Assembly: GCF_036389215.1 (NCBI RefSeq)
Contig: NZ_DASVQG010000144.1
Coordinates: forward strand, 4,300-68,299
Length of the DNA stretch: 64,000 bases
Direction: 5' to 3'
Source of the DNA: Jatrophihabitans sp.
GTDB lineage: Bacteria; Actinomycetota; Actinomycetes; Mycobacteriales; Jatrophihabitantaceae
Shown one piece after another: positions 1 through 9,467 of the stretch; position 1 is the first letter of the stretch, and the number at the start of each line of letters is the position of its first letter. Both the position numbers and the translations under genes were made by a program. A model generated the notes under the pieces. The model did not search any database and was not told the origin of the DNA. It was given only the letters and a program-made list of their open reading frames with translations.

Positions 1-1010
1 TGATGCACCACAGTCGCCAGATCGGCGTTCTGCATCCAGGCAGGTACCGAGCGCTCGGTCAGTGAGTCGGCGGTGCCGCGGACCGGCTCGATCAAGGGCC
101 GGCCGGGCTGGTAGGCGTTTGCATCGATGTCGTCGCGGGCACCGGATACCACGCCCAACCGGGACTGTGCGGCCTCGGCCAGCGCACGACCAGCGGCGAG
201 GTCAGCCTCGACGTGGCAGCCGAATCCCCCGCTGCGTATCGGCACGTCGCTGGACCAGATCTCAGCGGCATAGCACGGTATCCCGACACGGTTGGTGATA
301 TCGCAGAGGATGATCCGGCAACCGGCACCTCGCAGTGCCGTGTACACCGCCCTGGCATCCGGATCTCGAATGGTGGAGGGGTCCACGTAGCGGCGGTCAC
401 CCGGTGAACTCAGGCTGTGGTCCGTTATGCAGTCGCGCTCGATCAACTCCAGCAGGGCGTGGAGGACGGCCTCCTCGGTGTTGTTCCCGCTGGCCAGCCC
501 ATTGCTGGTCGTGTTGAACAGCCTGCGTCCCCAACCATCAGGCCTCGTGAAGTCAAGGGTGACGGTGTCGAACGGCACCAGGTGCGCCGAGCCGGTCAGG
601 ACGCCGTAGCCGGTGACCCAGTCCAGCACAGTGGCGGCGGTCAGCGGGGAGCGCGGGGCGAGGTTGAGAGTCCGGGGATCGTAGTGCAAGGCAAGATCGC
701 GGCTTGCCGCGCGGAACTCACTGGTGCAGATGGGGTTCTCGGCGTGCCATACCTCGATGCTTTCCATGATGGCACTCACCCGAGCTTCGACCAGGCGCAG
801 GCCCGTGCCGATGCTGACAGCATATGTAGAACCGACCGGTCGGTATGCTATGGCGACCGGCAGGCCGATCTCGTCCAAGCCGGTGATCTCAGCGACGCGG
901 GTGATCCCGAATCGCTCGCACAGCGGGTATACCCGTTCCCAGGTGAACTCCGGGCTCACCGCCCTGTACGAGCCCGAACGGCGGGCAACCCGATCGGTTA
1001 CTGAGGTCAT
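1..1010 (-). CDS. YcaO-like family protein, TfuA-associated (thioamide-forming) type; 3' end runs off the window
   Basis: Translated by hand; not in the ORF track because it has no stop inside the window. ATG at 1010 with GAGGA upstream. Reads MTSVTDRVARRSGSYRAVSPEFTWERVYPLCERFGITRVAEITGLDEIGLPV...SAIMESIEVWHAE...TTSNGLASGNNTEEAVLHALLELIERD...ALAEAAQSRLGVVSGARDDI, which are standalone YcaO motifs. Confidence 0.9.
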   Translation of the reverse strand, partial: MTSVTDRVARRSGSYRAVSPEFTWERVYPLCERFGITRVAEITGLDEIGLPVAIAYRPVGSTYAVSIGTGLRLVEARVSAIMESIEVWHAENPICTSEFRAASRDLALHYDPRTLNLAPRSPLTAATVLDWVTGYGVLTGSAHLVPFDTVTLDFTRPDGWGRRLFNTTSNGLASGNNTEEAVLHALLELIERDCITDHSLSSPGDRRYVDPSTIRDPDARAVYTALRGAGCRIILCDITNRVGIPCYAAEIWSSDVPIRSGGFGCHVEADLAAGRALAEAAQSRLGVVSGARDDIDANAYQPGRPLIEPVRGTADSLTERSVPAWMQNADLATVVH

Positions 1011-1477
1011 TGATGGTCCTCGGCTGAAGAGAGAGATGACCAGTGACAAGGCTGGACATGCCGGGAGCGATCGCCGAAGCTGATGCGCAGATTCGGCTTG
1101 CCCCCGGTTGCTTGGACTAGACGCTACGAACACCAGGTTGGCTCGGCAATACCGGCGCTTCCATGGCATGAAACTCGGCCGTCAGAGCGTGAGAGCTGAC
1201 CAGCTGTACGGGAAGGTTGGTGCGAAGCCGACATCGGCCCCAGCTCGCGCACCACCAGCGGGTCCGCGTTCAGGGCACGAGATCTGTTCGCTGCCACCAG
1301 CTGATGTGATGGTCGCAGTAATGACGCCATGAGGTGCTGCCGTACCTGACGCCGTTGCGGCAGGAATACCCGCCGAGGCTCCGCGCTCGGATGCCGAGCA
1401 CCCAGACTGGTGAGACGACAAGGACGGGGTCCGGTACCCAGCGCCGTCCGAGGTTGTAGCGCGGGGGAAGGGGCGCC

Positions 1478-2482
1478 ATGGTGGCTACCAAGCGGTGGCA
1501 ACTGGGGTTGTCAGCCTGTCTGGTAATGGCTGCTACAGCGATGGCCGGTTGCGCCGATCGGTCGCCGGCCATTTCTCGTGTCAGTGCCAGCTCCAGCGTC
1601 CCCGGCCTGATTGCGGCCAAGGCATCGACGATCCTCAGTTCCTTCGACGCCGCCGACTCGGCCGCCACGGTCTCGGGAGATATCGAGGCGCTGCGAAGTC
1701 AGGAGACAAATCCGGCGCTGCAGTCCAGCATTGCCGCAGCACGGCGAAATGCGGCGGCGAAGCGGGTGCAACCCGGTTACCGGCACACCAACCCCACCTT
1801 TGCCACGCCGACCGGAGATGCCTCCTGCTTCATGGTCGCGGCCACCCTGCAATCAACGGGCACCGAATTGGGAGTCACGGATTTCAGTCAGTTCGTGGCT
1901 ACTCCTGACGGGTCCTGGCGCCTCAGCCACAACGTCCACATCGGTCAGGAGGCAACGGCCGAGGTGCACGCCATCGGGTCGAAGCCGGCCATCCAGCTGC
2001 CTGGTCCGATACCCGCGGAGCGGTTGGACCAGGTGGCAGCCGAGATCTTCAACCGGAGTACCGGCAGCACAGCTCACGTGCGGACGCTGGTTGCCGAGAG
2101 TCCGGTACTGGACAAGCAGCTCGCCGTCGGGTGGCAGATCTACCAGCAGCAGATGAACAACTTCGGAATGAAGGTGACGCGAACCCGGAGCAGCGCGACC
2201 TGGTCGAGGTGCACAGCCCAGGCCGACGACGCTTACCTGAGGTTCCTCACGATGCAGATGACGGACACCGTCACGCCGGTATCCGGTGGGCAGGCGAAGG
2301 TGACGCTCAGCCCGCGCAGTCCGGACCTTGCAGCACTCGGGCGTTCGGTTCCGGTCAGCGGTACCCAGATCAGCATCGCCCGGGTGGAGGCATTCCTGGT
2401 GTCCCTGCCTGCCTCGAACGGCCCGGCCACCGTGCTCGGGCTGATGGACGCGCCGATAGCGCTCAGCAGCACCACCTCCTGA
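1478..2482 (+). CDS. Putative lipoprotein of unknown function
   Basis: 334-aa ORF; hydrophobic signal ending in the lipobox MAG-C; no family recognised. Confidence 0.7.
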   Translation: MVATKRWQLGLSACLVMAATAMAGCADRSPAISRVSASSSVPGLIAAKASTILSSFDAADSAATVSGDIEALRSQETNPALQSSIAAARRNAAAKRVQPGYRHTNPTFATPTGDASCFMVAATLQSTGTELGVTDFSQFVATPDGSWRLSHNVHIGQEATAEVHAIGSKPAIQLPGPIPAERLDQVAAEIFNRSTGSTAHVRTLVAESPVLDKQLAVGWQIYQQQMNNFGMKVTRTRSSATWSRCTAQADDAYLRFLTMQMTDTVTPVSGGQAKVTLSPRSPDLAALGRSVPVSGTQISIARVEAFLVSLPASNGPATVLGLMDAPIALSSTTS

Positions 2483-2659
2483 ATATGGGCAGACCTATCT
2501 GAGAGCGCAGCTGCCGGCCGCACGTCACGCGAGGCGTAGAAGTCACTGCCCCGGCGGATGCGCAATGGGCACAACGGTGCGGATCGATGCAATCGTCGGC
2601 TCCTCGCCCCCAGGGACCGGACAATCATCGGCAGCACAACCGCACAGATGGGAAGACCG

Positions 2660-4960
2660 ATGTTTCGTCCGCGGCTGAGATCGGACTACACATCGGTATG
2701 CCTGGATTCCCCGGACGGCATTTCCGTGTTGATCACGGGAGAAGCTCGTACCCTGCTCATCGAGGGCGCGGTCACCGCGGATCTGCTGGAATTACTGGAC
2801 GGCACCCGGCACACCCACGAGCTCGTACAGCAGTTGAGCGAGCGGTATCCGCCGAGAGCGGTCGGCGGGGCGATACGCAGGCTGACCGAACTCGGAGTTC
2901 TCGCCAGTGGCGGCACTGCCCAGGACTCGAGGACAGCGGCTGCCTGGGATGCCCGCGGCACCGATCCAGATCTGGCAGAGGCCTGGCTGCGCAACGGCCG
3001 GGTCACCCTGATCGATGCGGGGGCGCCGACCGCGGCGGTCATCGCTCGAGCCCTGGCTGACGCCGGCCTGGCGGTGGACCGGATCGAGTCGCACGCGATC
3101 ACTGCCAGCCGGCTCGCCGCGGCCGATCCGGGCAGTGAACTGGTGGTGCTGCCCCGGTCCTACGTCGATCCGATCCTGGCGGGGATCAACCAGGTCTGCC
3201 TCGACCTCCAACGGCCGTGGACGCTGGCCCGCCCCCATGGGCTCACCCTCCTGCTGGGCCCCCACCTGGTTCCCGGCCGCACCGGCTGCTGGCAGTGTTT
3301 ACTCCAGCGGTGGCAGGAGAATGAGCAGCTGGAGAACTATGTTGCCGCGCAACGGCCACAACTGCCGCGGCTGGATTCAGCCAGGGCCGCGCACGCCTCG
3401 ACGGCGTCGGTGCTGGCGGGCCTGCTTCTGGCTGAACTGCCGGTGCTGGCTGTGAACCGTAGCTCACCTCGGATCACCGGACGCATGATCGCGCTCGACA
3501 CGCGTGATCTGACGGCGAGCGAGCATGTCCTCGTGCATCAACCCCAGTGCCCGGCCTGCGGAAGCCCTGAGCTGGTGCGGCAAGCCACCGGGCGCGTGGT
3601 GATCTCCTCGGCCGCGAGCACCAGCGACGACAGGGAACCGTCACGGACCCTGAGCCTGGCCGAGACCTGGGACCGGCTGCAGCATCACGTCAGCCGGTAT
3701 TTCGGCGTGGTTTCCAGGCTTGCGCCGGTAGCGATGGCCGGTGCTGCCGGTACTCATACCTACAGTGCTGTGCACAACTTCGCACTTGCGCGAAGTGCCA
3801 CGACCCTGCGCATGAATCTGCGTGGTCAGAGTGGTGGAAAGGGTCGCACGGACCTGCAGGCCCGGGTGGGCGCCGTCTGCGAGGCGGTAGAGCGTTATTG
3901 CGGCCTGTGGCGGGGTGAGCTACCCACCCGGCAGGCAAGCTATCTCGAACTGGGACCCGAGGAGGCGGTGAACCTCCGCCAGCTACTGCACTATTCCGAT
4001 GACCAGTACGACCAGCGGGAGAAGTTGAATTCCTCGCTGGCTCATTTCCACCGAATTCCACGCCGCGCCCCGGACGACCTGGTGATGAGCTGGACCACCG
4101 GGTGGTCGCTGACCCACCAGGTGGCCCGGGCGATCCCGGCGGCATATTGCTGGTACGGCCATCCCGAACTCGAGAGCCTGGGCGTGACCGGCGCGGACTC
4201 CAATGGTTGCGCGGCGGGCAACACCCTTGCCGAAGCGGTGTTGCACGGTTTCTGCGAGCTGGTCGAGCGGGACAGCGTGGCGTTGTGGTGGCACCATCGA
4301 TCCAGGGTTCCTGGCGTCGACCTGGACTCGTTCGCCGACCCCTGGATCACGCAGTTGCGTCGCCGCTACGAGCAGGACCACCATCGGGACCTGTGGGCGC
4401 TGGACCTCACCGCGGACCTGGGCATTCCCGCGTTCGCGGCTGTGTCGGCATGCCGGGCTCGGCCGACCGAGGACGTCCTGGTCGGCTTCGGCGCCGACCT
4501 CGATGCCGGGGTTGCGCTCAGCCGGGCGATGGCCGAGGTCGATCAGTTCCTGCCGGCGGTTTCCCGATACGAGGCGGGGTCGACCCGGTACGGATTGTCG
4601 GAGCCCGAGGCGCTCCGGTGGTTCATCTCGGTCCGGGTGGCCGAGCATCCCTGGTTGGTTCCGGACCCGGACGTGCCCGCCACCACCGCCGACCGGCACC
4701 CCGACCGGACGTCGCTGGAGGTAGCCGACGGTGTCGCGCACTGTGTCCGCATCGCTGCTGCCGCAGGGCACGAGGTCATCGTGGTCGACCAGTCACGTCC
4801 CGACATCGAGCTGTCGGTCGCCCGGGTGATCGTGCCGGGGCTTCGCCATTTCTGGCGCCGCCTCGGGCCGGGGAGGCTGTGGACGATTCCAGGCCTGCTC
4901 GGCAGGGAGCCACTCGCGGCGTCCGAGCATGAGGTGAATCCGATGAACGTCTTCTTCTGA
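2660..4960 (+). CDS. Fused TOMM/LAP cyclodehydratase (RRE + E1-like C domain + YcaO D domain)
   Basis: Likely start ATG 2660 (GGAAG upstream). Zn-binding pairs GCWQC and PQCPACG; YcaO motifs CEAVERY and DSNGCAAGNTLAEAVLHGFCELVERD; C-terminus EVNPMNVFF typical of azoline-forming YcaO. Confidence 0.93.
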   Translation: MFRPRLRSDYTSVCLDSPDGISVLITGEARTLLIEGAVTADLLELLDGTRHTHELVQQLSERYPPRAVGGAIRRLTELGVLASGGTAQDSRTAAAWDARGTDPDLAEAWLRNGRVTLIDAGAPTAAVIARALADAGLAVDRIESHAITASRLAAADPGSELVVLPRSYVDPILAGINQVCLDLQRPWTLARPHGLTLLLGPHLVPGRTGCWQCLLQRWQENEQLENYVAAQRPQLPRLDSARAAHASTASVLAGLLLAELPVLAVNRSSPRITGRMIALDTRDLTASEHVLVHQPQCPACGSPELVRQATGRVVISSAASTSDDREPSRTLSLAETWDRLQHHVSRYFGVVSRLAPVAMAGAAGTHTYSAVHNFALARSATTLRMNLRGQSGGKGRTDLQARVGAVCEAVERYCGLWRGELPTRQASYLELGPEEAVNLRQLLHYSDDQYDQREKLNSSLAHFHRIPRRAPDDLVMSWTTGWSLTHQVARAIPAAYCWYGHPELESLGVTGADSNGCAAGNTLAEAVLHGFCELVERDSVALWWHHRSRVPGVDLDSFADPWITQLRRRYEQDHHRDLWALDLTADLGIPAFAAVSACRARPTEDVLVGFGADLDAGVALSRAMAEVDQFLPAVSRYEAGSTRYGLSEPEALRWFISVRVAEHPWLVPDPDVPATTADRHPDRTSLEVADGVAHCVRIAAAAGHEVIVVDQSRPDIELSVARVIVPGLRHFWRRLGPGRLWTIPGLLGREPLAASEHEVNPMNVFF

Positions 4961-4966
4961 AACCAG

Positions 4967-6451
4967 GTGCCACCCATGGTCGTACCACTACCCAGGATCG
5001 AGCCAGTGGAACCGTCGGCGGGCGAGGCCGTCGGCGTGCGGGAACTGTTCCGGCTGCGGCCTGATGCTCGACTTGTCAGCGGGGCCGATGGAACCCTTGC
5101 GCTTCGGCAGAGCCGGTTCGAGGTGGTGGTGGATCCCTCCAGCATCGCGCGGCGCGCCCTCCTGCTCCGCCTTGCCGAGACGTGGCTGGACGAAGAGGAA
5201 CTCGATCGGCTGCTGGTCTCCAGCGCCGGCGAACAGGGCGTCCTGCAGGGCCAGGTCCTGCTCCGGCGGCTGGCCGCGCATTCATGGCTCTGCCGGCGGC
5301 TGCAGACGGGTGAGCGTCCGCTGCTCGACGTCGTTCCGCAGGGCCTCGGCGCCACCAGTCGGATGTCGGCCGAGGCAGCCCAGCCGGGGGTCAGTTACCG
5401 GTTCTCCCGGTTCACGGCGGCTCTGAGCGGGCCGAACGGTCTGAGCCTGCGCAACCCGCTTGCGAACGTGACGATCGAACTCGCCGAGCCCGCGCTCGGC
5501 TGGGCAGTTGCGCTGGCCGCTTCCACGGGCTGTGACCAGCAGGACATCGAGCGCACCGCGAACCTGGAGGGCAGCGCGGCAGCCGGCGTCCTCGATGAGC
5601 TGATCCGGGCGCGGGTCCTGGTCCGGCCGCTGGAACTGAAGGCTGAGCAGAGCGGGCCGCCACAGGTGTTCTGGGAGCCTGAGGAACTCGCCGTCCACCA
5701 CAGGTCGCGGGCCGGCAGGCATGTGCTGCCGGTGGGCGGCACGTACCGCTTCCGGGATCGGCTTCCTCCCGAATCGCTCGGCAGCGGGAACCCGGAGGCC
5801 GCGGGGATCGCCCTCCCGGTGCCGGATCTGGCCGAGATCTCGGCTGCGGAGCCGAGCCTGAGCGCGGTGGTGGCGGCTCGGCGCACGCTTCGCGAACATG
5901 ATGAGTCGCTGCCTATCACCGTCGAGGAACTGGCGCAGTTCCTCTACCGGGTGCAACGCACCTGGGACGTGCGCGAGGTCGAGGGCATGCAGGTCGGGCG
6001 GCGTCCGTACCCGAGCGCGGGCCAGGTCTGTGAACTGGAGATCTATCCGCTGGTGAGTAGCTGCGCCGGACTGGCGCCCGGGCTGTATCACTACGACTCA
6101 CTCGGCCATGCGCTGGTACGGGTGGCGGACCCGAACGGGCACGCCGTCAGAGTCCTGAACTTTGCCAAGGCGGCTTCAGGCGCGTCGGGTACTCCGCAGG
6201 TACTGATGGTGGTGACCGCCCGGGTACCCCGTTTGCTGTGGAAGTACGAGGGACTTGGCTACTCGCTGATGCAGAAGGACGCCGGGGTATTGATCGAGTT
6301 GATGTATCTGGTGGCCACCGCGATGAAGCTGGCGCCGTGCGCACTGGGCTCCGGTGACTCGGAGGGTTTCGCGGCGTTGTCAGGCCTGGATCCGCTTGCC
6401 GAGCCGAGTATCGCCGACTTCATGCTCGGCTCGGTGTTGGAGGAGGTGTGA
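4967..6451 (+). CDS. SagB/ThcOx-family FMN-dependent azoline dehydrogenase
   Basis: RRTLREH, RPYPSAG..ELEIYP, GLYHYD, WKY..LGYSL..KDAG, LVATAMKLAPCALG motifs; directly follows the cyclodehydratase. Confidence 0.92.
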   Translation: MPPMVVPLPRIEPVEPSAGEAVGVRELFRLRPDARLVSGADGTLALRQSRFEVVVDPSSIARRALLLRLAETWLDEEELDRLLVSSAGEQGVLQGQVLLRRLAAHSWLCRRLQTGERPLLDVVPQGLGATSRMSAEAAQPGVSYRFSRFTAALSGPNGLSLRNPLANVTIELAEPALGWAVALAASTGCDQQDIERTANLEGSAAAGVLDELIRARVLVRPLELKAEQSGPPQVFWEPEELAVHHRSRAGRHVLPVGGTYRFRDRLPPESLGSGNPEAAGIALPVPDLAEISAAEPSLSAVVAARRTLREHDESLPITVEELAQFLYRVQRTWDVREVEGMQVGRRPYPSAGQVCELEIYPLVSSCAGLAPGLYHYDSLGHALVRVADPNGHAVRVLNFAKAASGASGTPQVLMVVTARVPRLLWKYEGLGYSLMQKDAGVLIELMYLVATAMKLAPCALGSGDSEGFAALSGLDPLAEPSIADFMLGSVLEEV

Positions 6452-7257
6452 GATTCCGGCAGCAGGCGCTGCGCAAACTCGAAGGTCCCGAGCAACTCGA
6501 TCAGGTGGTTCGGCTGGCCAGCGCTCCTTCCTGGCTACTCGCCGGCCTGTTGAGCGTCATCGTGCTGACCGCGGCGGTGTGGGCATCGGTGAGCACCGTG
6601 GCACGCACCGTACGGGCGACTGGGGTGCTGATCCACTCCAATGGTGTTTCCGACCTCGACGCGACCAAGAGCGGTGGGGTGGTCAAGGTCTGGGCGCAGC
6701 CCAACCAGCTGATCACCGCAGGCGCCCCGCTTTACACCCTGCAGCGCACCGAGGGCTCGCTCGAGACGATCAATTCACCCTGGGATGCCTACGTCGTCGG
6801 AATCCTCGTCTCGGAGGGCCAGCTGGTCCAGCCCGGCAGCAGGATCGCCTCCCTGGAGCGCGTCGATACCCCCGGTGACGCCTTGCGGGCCGTGGTATTC
6901 GTCTCCGCCGCGGCTGCGCCGATGTTGCGGGCCGGCTTTCCGGCCGACATCTCGGCCAAGTCGGTTCCCACCGCGGTGTTCGGCACGCTCAGCGGCACCG
7001 TGGCCTCGGTAGGAGCCTTTCCCGAGACCCAGGAATCGCTCCGGGCCTTTCTCGGTGGCGGAGTCGACTCGTCGGCGATCCTGTCCCATGGCAGCGTGAT
7101 CCGGGTGACGGTCACCCTGGCGACGGTGGCCGGCTCGTCGACGACCCTGCGCTGGTCCAAGACCGCACCACCGTTCCAGTTGAACTCCGAGAGTTCGGTG
7201 ACCGCCCTGTTCACGGTGGCCGAGGAGCATCCGATGAATTGGGTGCTCGGGCGATGA
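6448..7257 (+). CDS. NHLP bacteriocin system secretion protein (HlyD-like membrane fusion protein)
   Basis: N-terminus FRQQALRKLEGPEQLDQVVRL, one TM segment, biotinyl/lipoyl-like segment VSEGQLVQPG; 4-bp overlap with the upstream gene. Confidence 0.88.
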   Translation: MRFRQQALRKLEGPEQLDQVVRLASAPSWLLAGLLSVIVLTAAVWASVSTVARTVRATGVLIHSNGVSDLDATKSGGVVKVWAQPNQLITAGAPLYTLQRTEGSLETINSPWDAYVVGILVSEGQLVQPGSRIASLERVDTPGDALRAVVFVSAAAAPMLRAGFPADISAKSVPTAVFGTLSGTVASVGAFPETQESLRAFLGGGVDSSAILSHGSVIRVTVTLATVAGSSTTLRWSKTAPPFQLNSESSVTALFTVAEEHPMNWVLGR

Positions 7258-7285
7258 GGCCCCGGCGCGCGAGGCGAGTTCGCCC

Positions 7286-9460
7286 ATGAACGTCATGGAG
7301 CTTCGGACCAGTCGACCTGACGGCCTTGCCCGGCGTAAGCGGGTGCGCACGCCCACGGTGATCCAGATGGAGGCCGTGGAATGTGGTGCTGCGGCGCTGG
7401 GAATAGTGCTGGCCCACCACGGCCGCCACATCCCCCTGGAGGAGCTGCGGCGAACCTGCGGTGTCAGCAGGGACGGGTCCACCGCCTCCAGCGTGCTGAA
7501 GGCAGCGCGCAGCTACGGCTTGTCCGCGCGCGGTTTCCAGATGGATGTCGCCAACCTGGGAGAGCTGGCACTGCCGGCCATCCTGTTCTGGAAGTTCTCC
7601 CACTTCGTAGTTCTGGAAGGCTACGGCCGCACCGTCCGCTTGAACGACCCGGCGATCGGCCCCAGGTCGGTCAGCTGGGAGGAGTTCGACGGCTCCTTCA
7701 CCGGCATCGTGCTCACCCTGGAACCGGGACCGGACTTCCGTTCCGGGGGCAGGCCCTACCGGGTGCTGTCCGCTCTGGCCGGTCGGCGTCCCCAATTCAG
7801 TTCGGTGCTGCCGTTGGCCGTGCTGCTCGGCGTGCTCATCGCGGTCGCCGGGTTCACGATGCCGGCTCTCACCAGGATGTTCGTGGACCGGGTGCTGCTC
7901 AGCGGTGGGGAGGGGGAGCTGGCCGGGCTGATCGCCGCCACCGGGTTGGCCGCCGCGGTCACCCTCGCCGCCGCGGTGCTGCAACAGCGACTTCTGGTGC
8001 GGACCGAAGCGACGTTCGCCCTCGGCACCGCCGCGCGCTTCTTCCGGCATCTGTTGCGACTGCCGCTGGAATTCTTCGACCAGCGCCAGGCAGCCGATCT
8101 CACCAACCGGGTGCGTAGCAACGACGTCGTCGTCGACATCATGGTCCGGAGGCTGGCCTCGACGGTGGTGGACTTTGCGCTGGTCCTCACCTACGGCGTG
8201 TTGTTGTGTATGTACGACGTCACCCTCGGCCTGCTCGCCATGTTCTTCTCGGGCCTGAACGTCGTCGTATTGCGTTACGTGTCCACGATCAGGTCCAGCG
8301 CCGTGGCCGGCTTGCAGGCCGATCGGGGCAAGCTGTTCACCGCCGTCTTCACCACGATCCAGATGATCGAGACGCTCAAGGCCAGCGGCGAGGAGCAGGC
8401 GGGTTATCAGCGCTTCGCCGGCCGGGCCGCGGCAGTGACGTCGGCCCAGCAAAGGCTGGGTGTTCCGGCTGCCATGATGGCAGCAGTCCCCGCCTTTCTG
8501 GCAGCGGTCAACGCAGCACTGGTGCTGTGGCTGGGTAGTTTCCGGGCTGTCGAGGGTGCCCTGAGCATCGGCGTCCTGGTAGCGATGCAGGGCCTGATCA
8601 CCTCGATGAATCGGCCGATCACCAACCTCACGCTGCTCGGCACTCGCCTCCAGGAGATGAGCGCGGATCTGAGCCGCCTGCGAGATGTCGAGCGCTATCC
8701 CCGGCGAACCCACGCCGAACCGACCACTCGGGTGCCGGAGATCGATGGCCATCTGCGGATCGACCGAGTGACTTTCGGCTACAACCCGCTGGCCGCTCCG
8801 CTGCTGGAGGACTTCTTCCTGGATCTGCCCGCGGGTAGCCGGGTGGCACTGGTCGGCGGATCGGGGAGCGGTAAGTCAACCGTCGGGCGTTTGGTGGCCG
8901 GGCTGTATGAGCCCTGGTCCGGCTCGGTCACCCTGGACGGCAGGCGGCGGCAGGAGATAGGCCGCGAACTATGGGCAGCAACCTTCGCCATGGTCGACCA
9001 GGACCAGCTGTTCTTCGAGGCCAGTGTCAGGGACAACGTCACATTGTGGGACCACTCGGTGCCCGACGAGGACATCGTCTGCGCTCTCACCGACGCCGCG
9101 ATCTATTCCGAGATCTCCCGGCGGCCCGGCGGACTGGCCAGCATGGTGTCCGAAGGTGGCCGGAACTTCTCCGGAGGCCAGCGGCAACGGCTGGAGATCG
9201 CACGCGCGCTGGTGCGCAACCCGTCGGTGCTGGTGCTCGACGAGGCCACCAGCGCGCTCGACGCCGAGACTGAGCGGCTGATCGACCGCAACCTGCGCCG
9301 GCGGGGGGCGACGTGCCTGATCGTGGCGCATCGGCTCTCGACGATTCGCGACTGCGACCTGATCGTCGTGCTCAAGGCGGGGCGGGAGATAGAGCGCGGC
9401 ACCCATGACGAACTCATAGCCGCGGACGGGCACTACGCCCAACTCGTTCGCCAGCAGTGA
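7286..9460 (+). CDS. NHLP-family bacteriocin export ABC transporter with C39 peptidase domain
   Basis: QMEAVECGAAAL (catalytic Cys), SHFVV (His), TM domain, Walker A GGSGSGKST, signature FSGGQRQR, LVLDEATSALD. Confidence 0.95.
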   Translation: MNVMELRTSRPDGLARRKRVRTPTVIQMEAVECGAAALGIVLAHHGRHIPLEELRRTCGVSRDGSTASSVLKAARSYGLSARGFQMDVANLGELALPAILFWKFSHFVVLEGYGRTVRLNDPAIGPRSVSWEEFDGSFTGIVLTLEPGPDFRSGGRPYRVLSALAGRRPQFSSVLPLAVLLGVLIAVAGFTMPALTRMFVDRVLLSGGEGELAGLIAATGLAAAVTLAAAVLQQRLLVRTEATFALGTAARFFRHLLRLPLEFFDQRQAADLTNRVRSNDVVVDIMVRRLASTVVDFALVLTYGVLLCMYDVTLGLLAMFFSGLNVVVLRYVSTIRSSAVAGLQADRGKLFTAVFTTIQMIETLKASGEEQAGYQRFAGRAAAVTSAQQRLGVPAAMMAAVPAFLAAVNAALVLWLGSFRAVEGALSIGVLVAMQGLITSMNRPITNLTLLGTRLQEMSADLSRLRDVERYPRRTHAEPTTRVPEIDGHLRIDRVTFGYNPLAAPLLEDFFLDLPAGSRVALVGGSGSGKSTVGRLVAGLYEPWSGSVTLDGRRRQEIGRELWAATFAMVDQDQLFFEASVRDNVTLWDHSVPDEDIVCALTDAAIYSEISRRPGGLASMVSEGGRNFSGGQRQRLEIARALVRNPSVLVLDEATSALDAETERLIDRNLRRRGATCLIVAHRLSTIRDCDLIVVLKAGREIERGTHDELIAADGHYAQLVRQQ

Positions 9461-9467
9461 AGGATCA

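Noticed and set aside
417-1004. 195-aa plus-strand ORF from the track
   Set aside because: Antisense shadow of the real minus-strand YcaO gene.
1108-1668. Small ORFs between YcaO and the lipoprotein as possible extra RiPP precursors
   Set aside because: No convincing RBS, leader motif or Cys/Ser/Thr-rich core; the 1270-1668 ORF overlaps the lipoprotein antisense.
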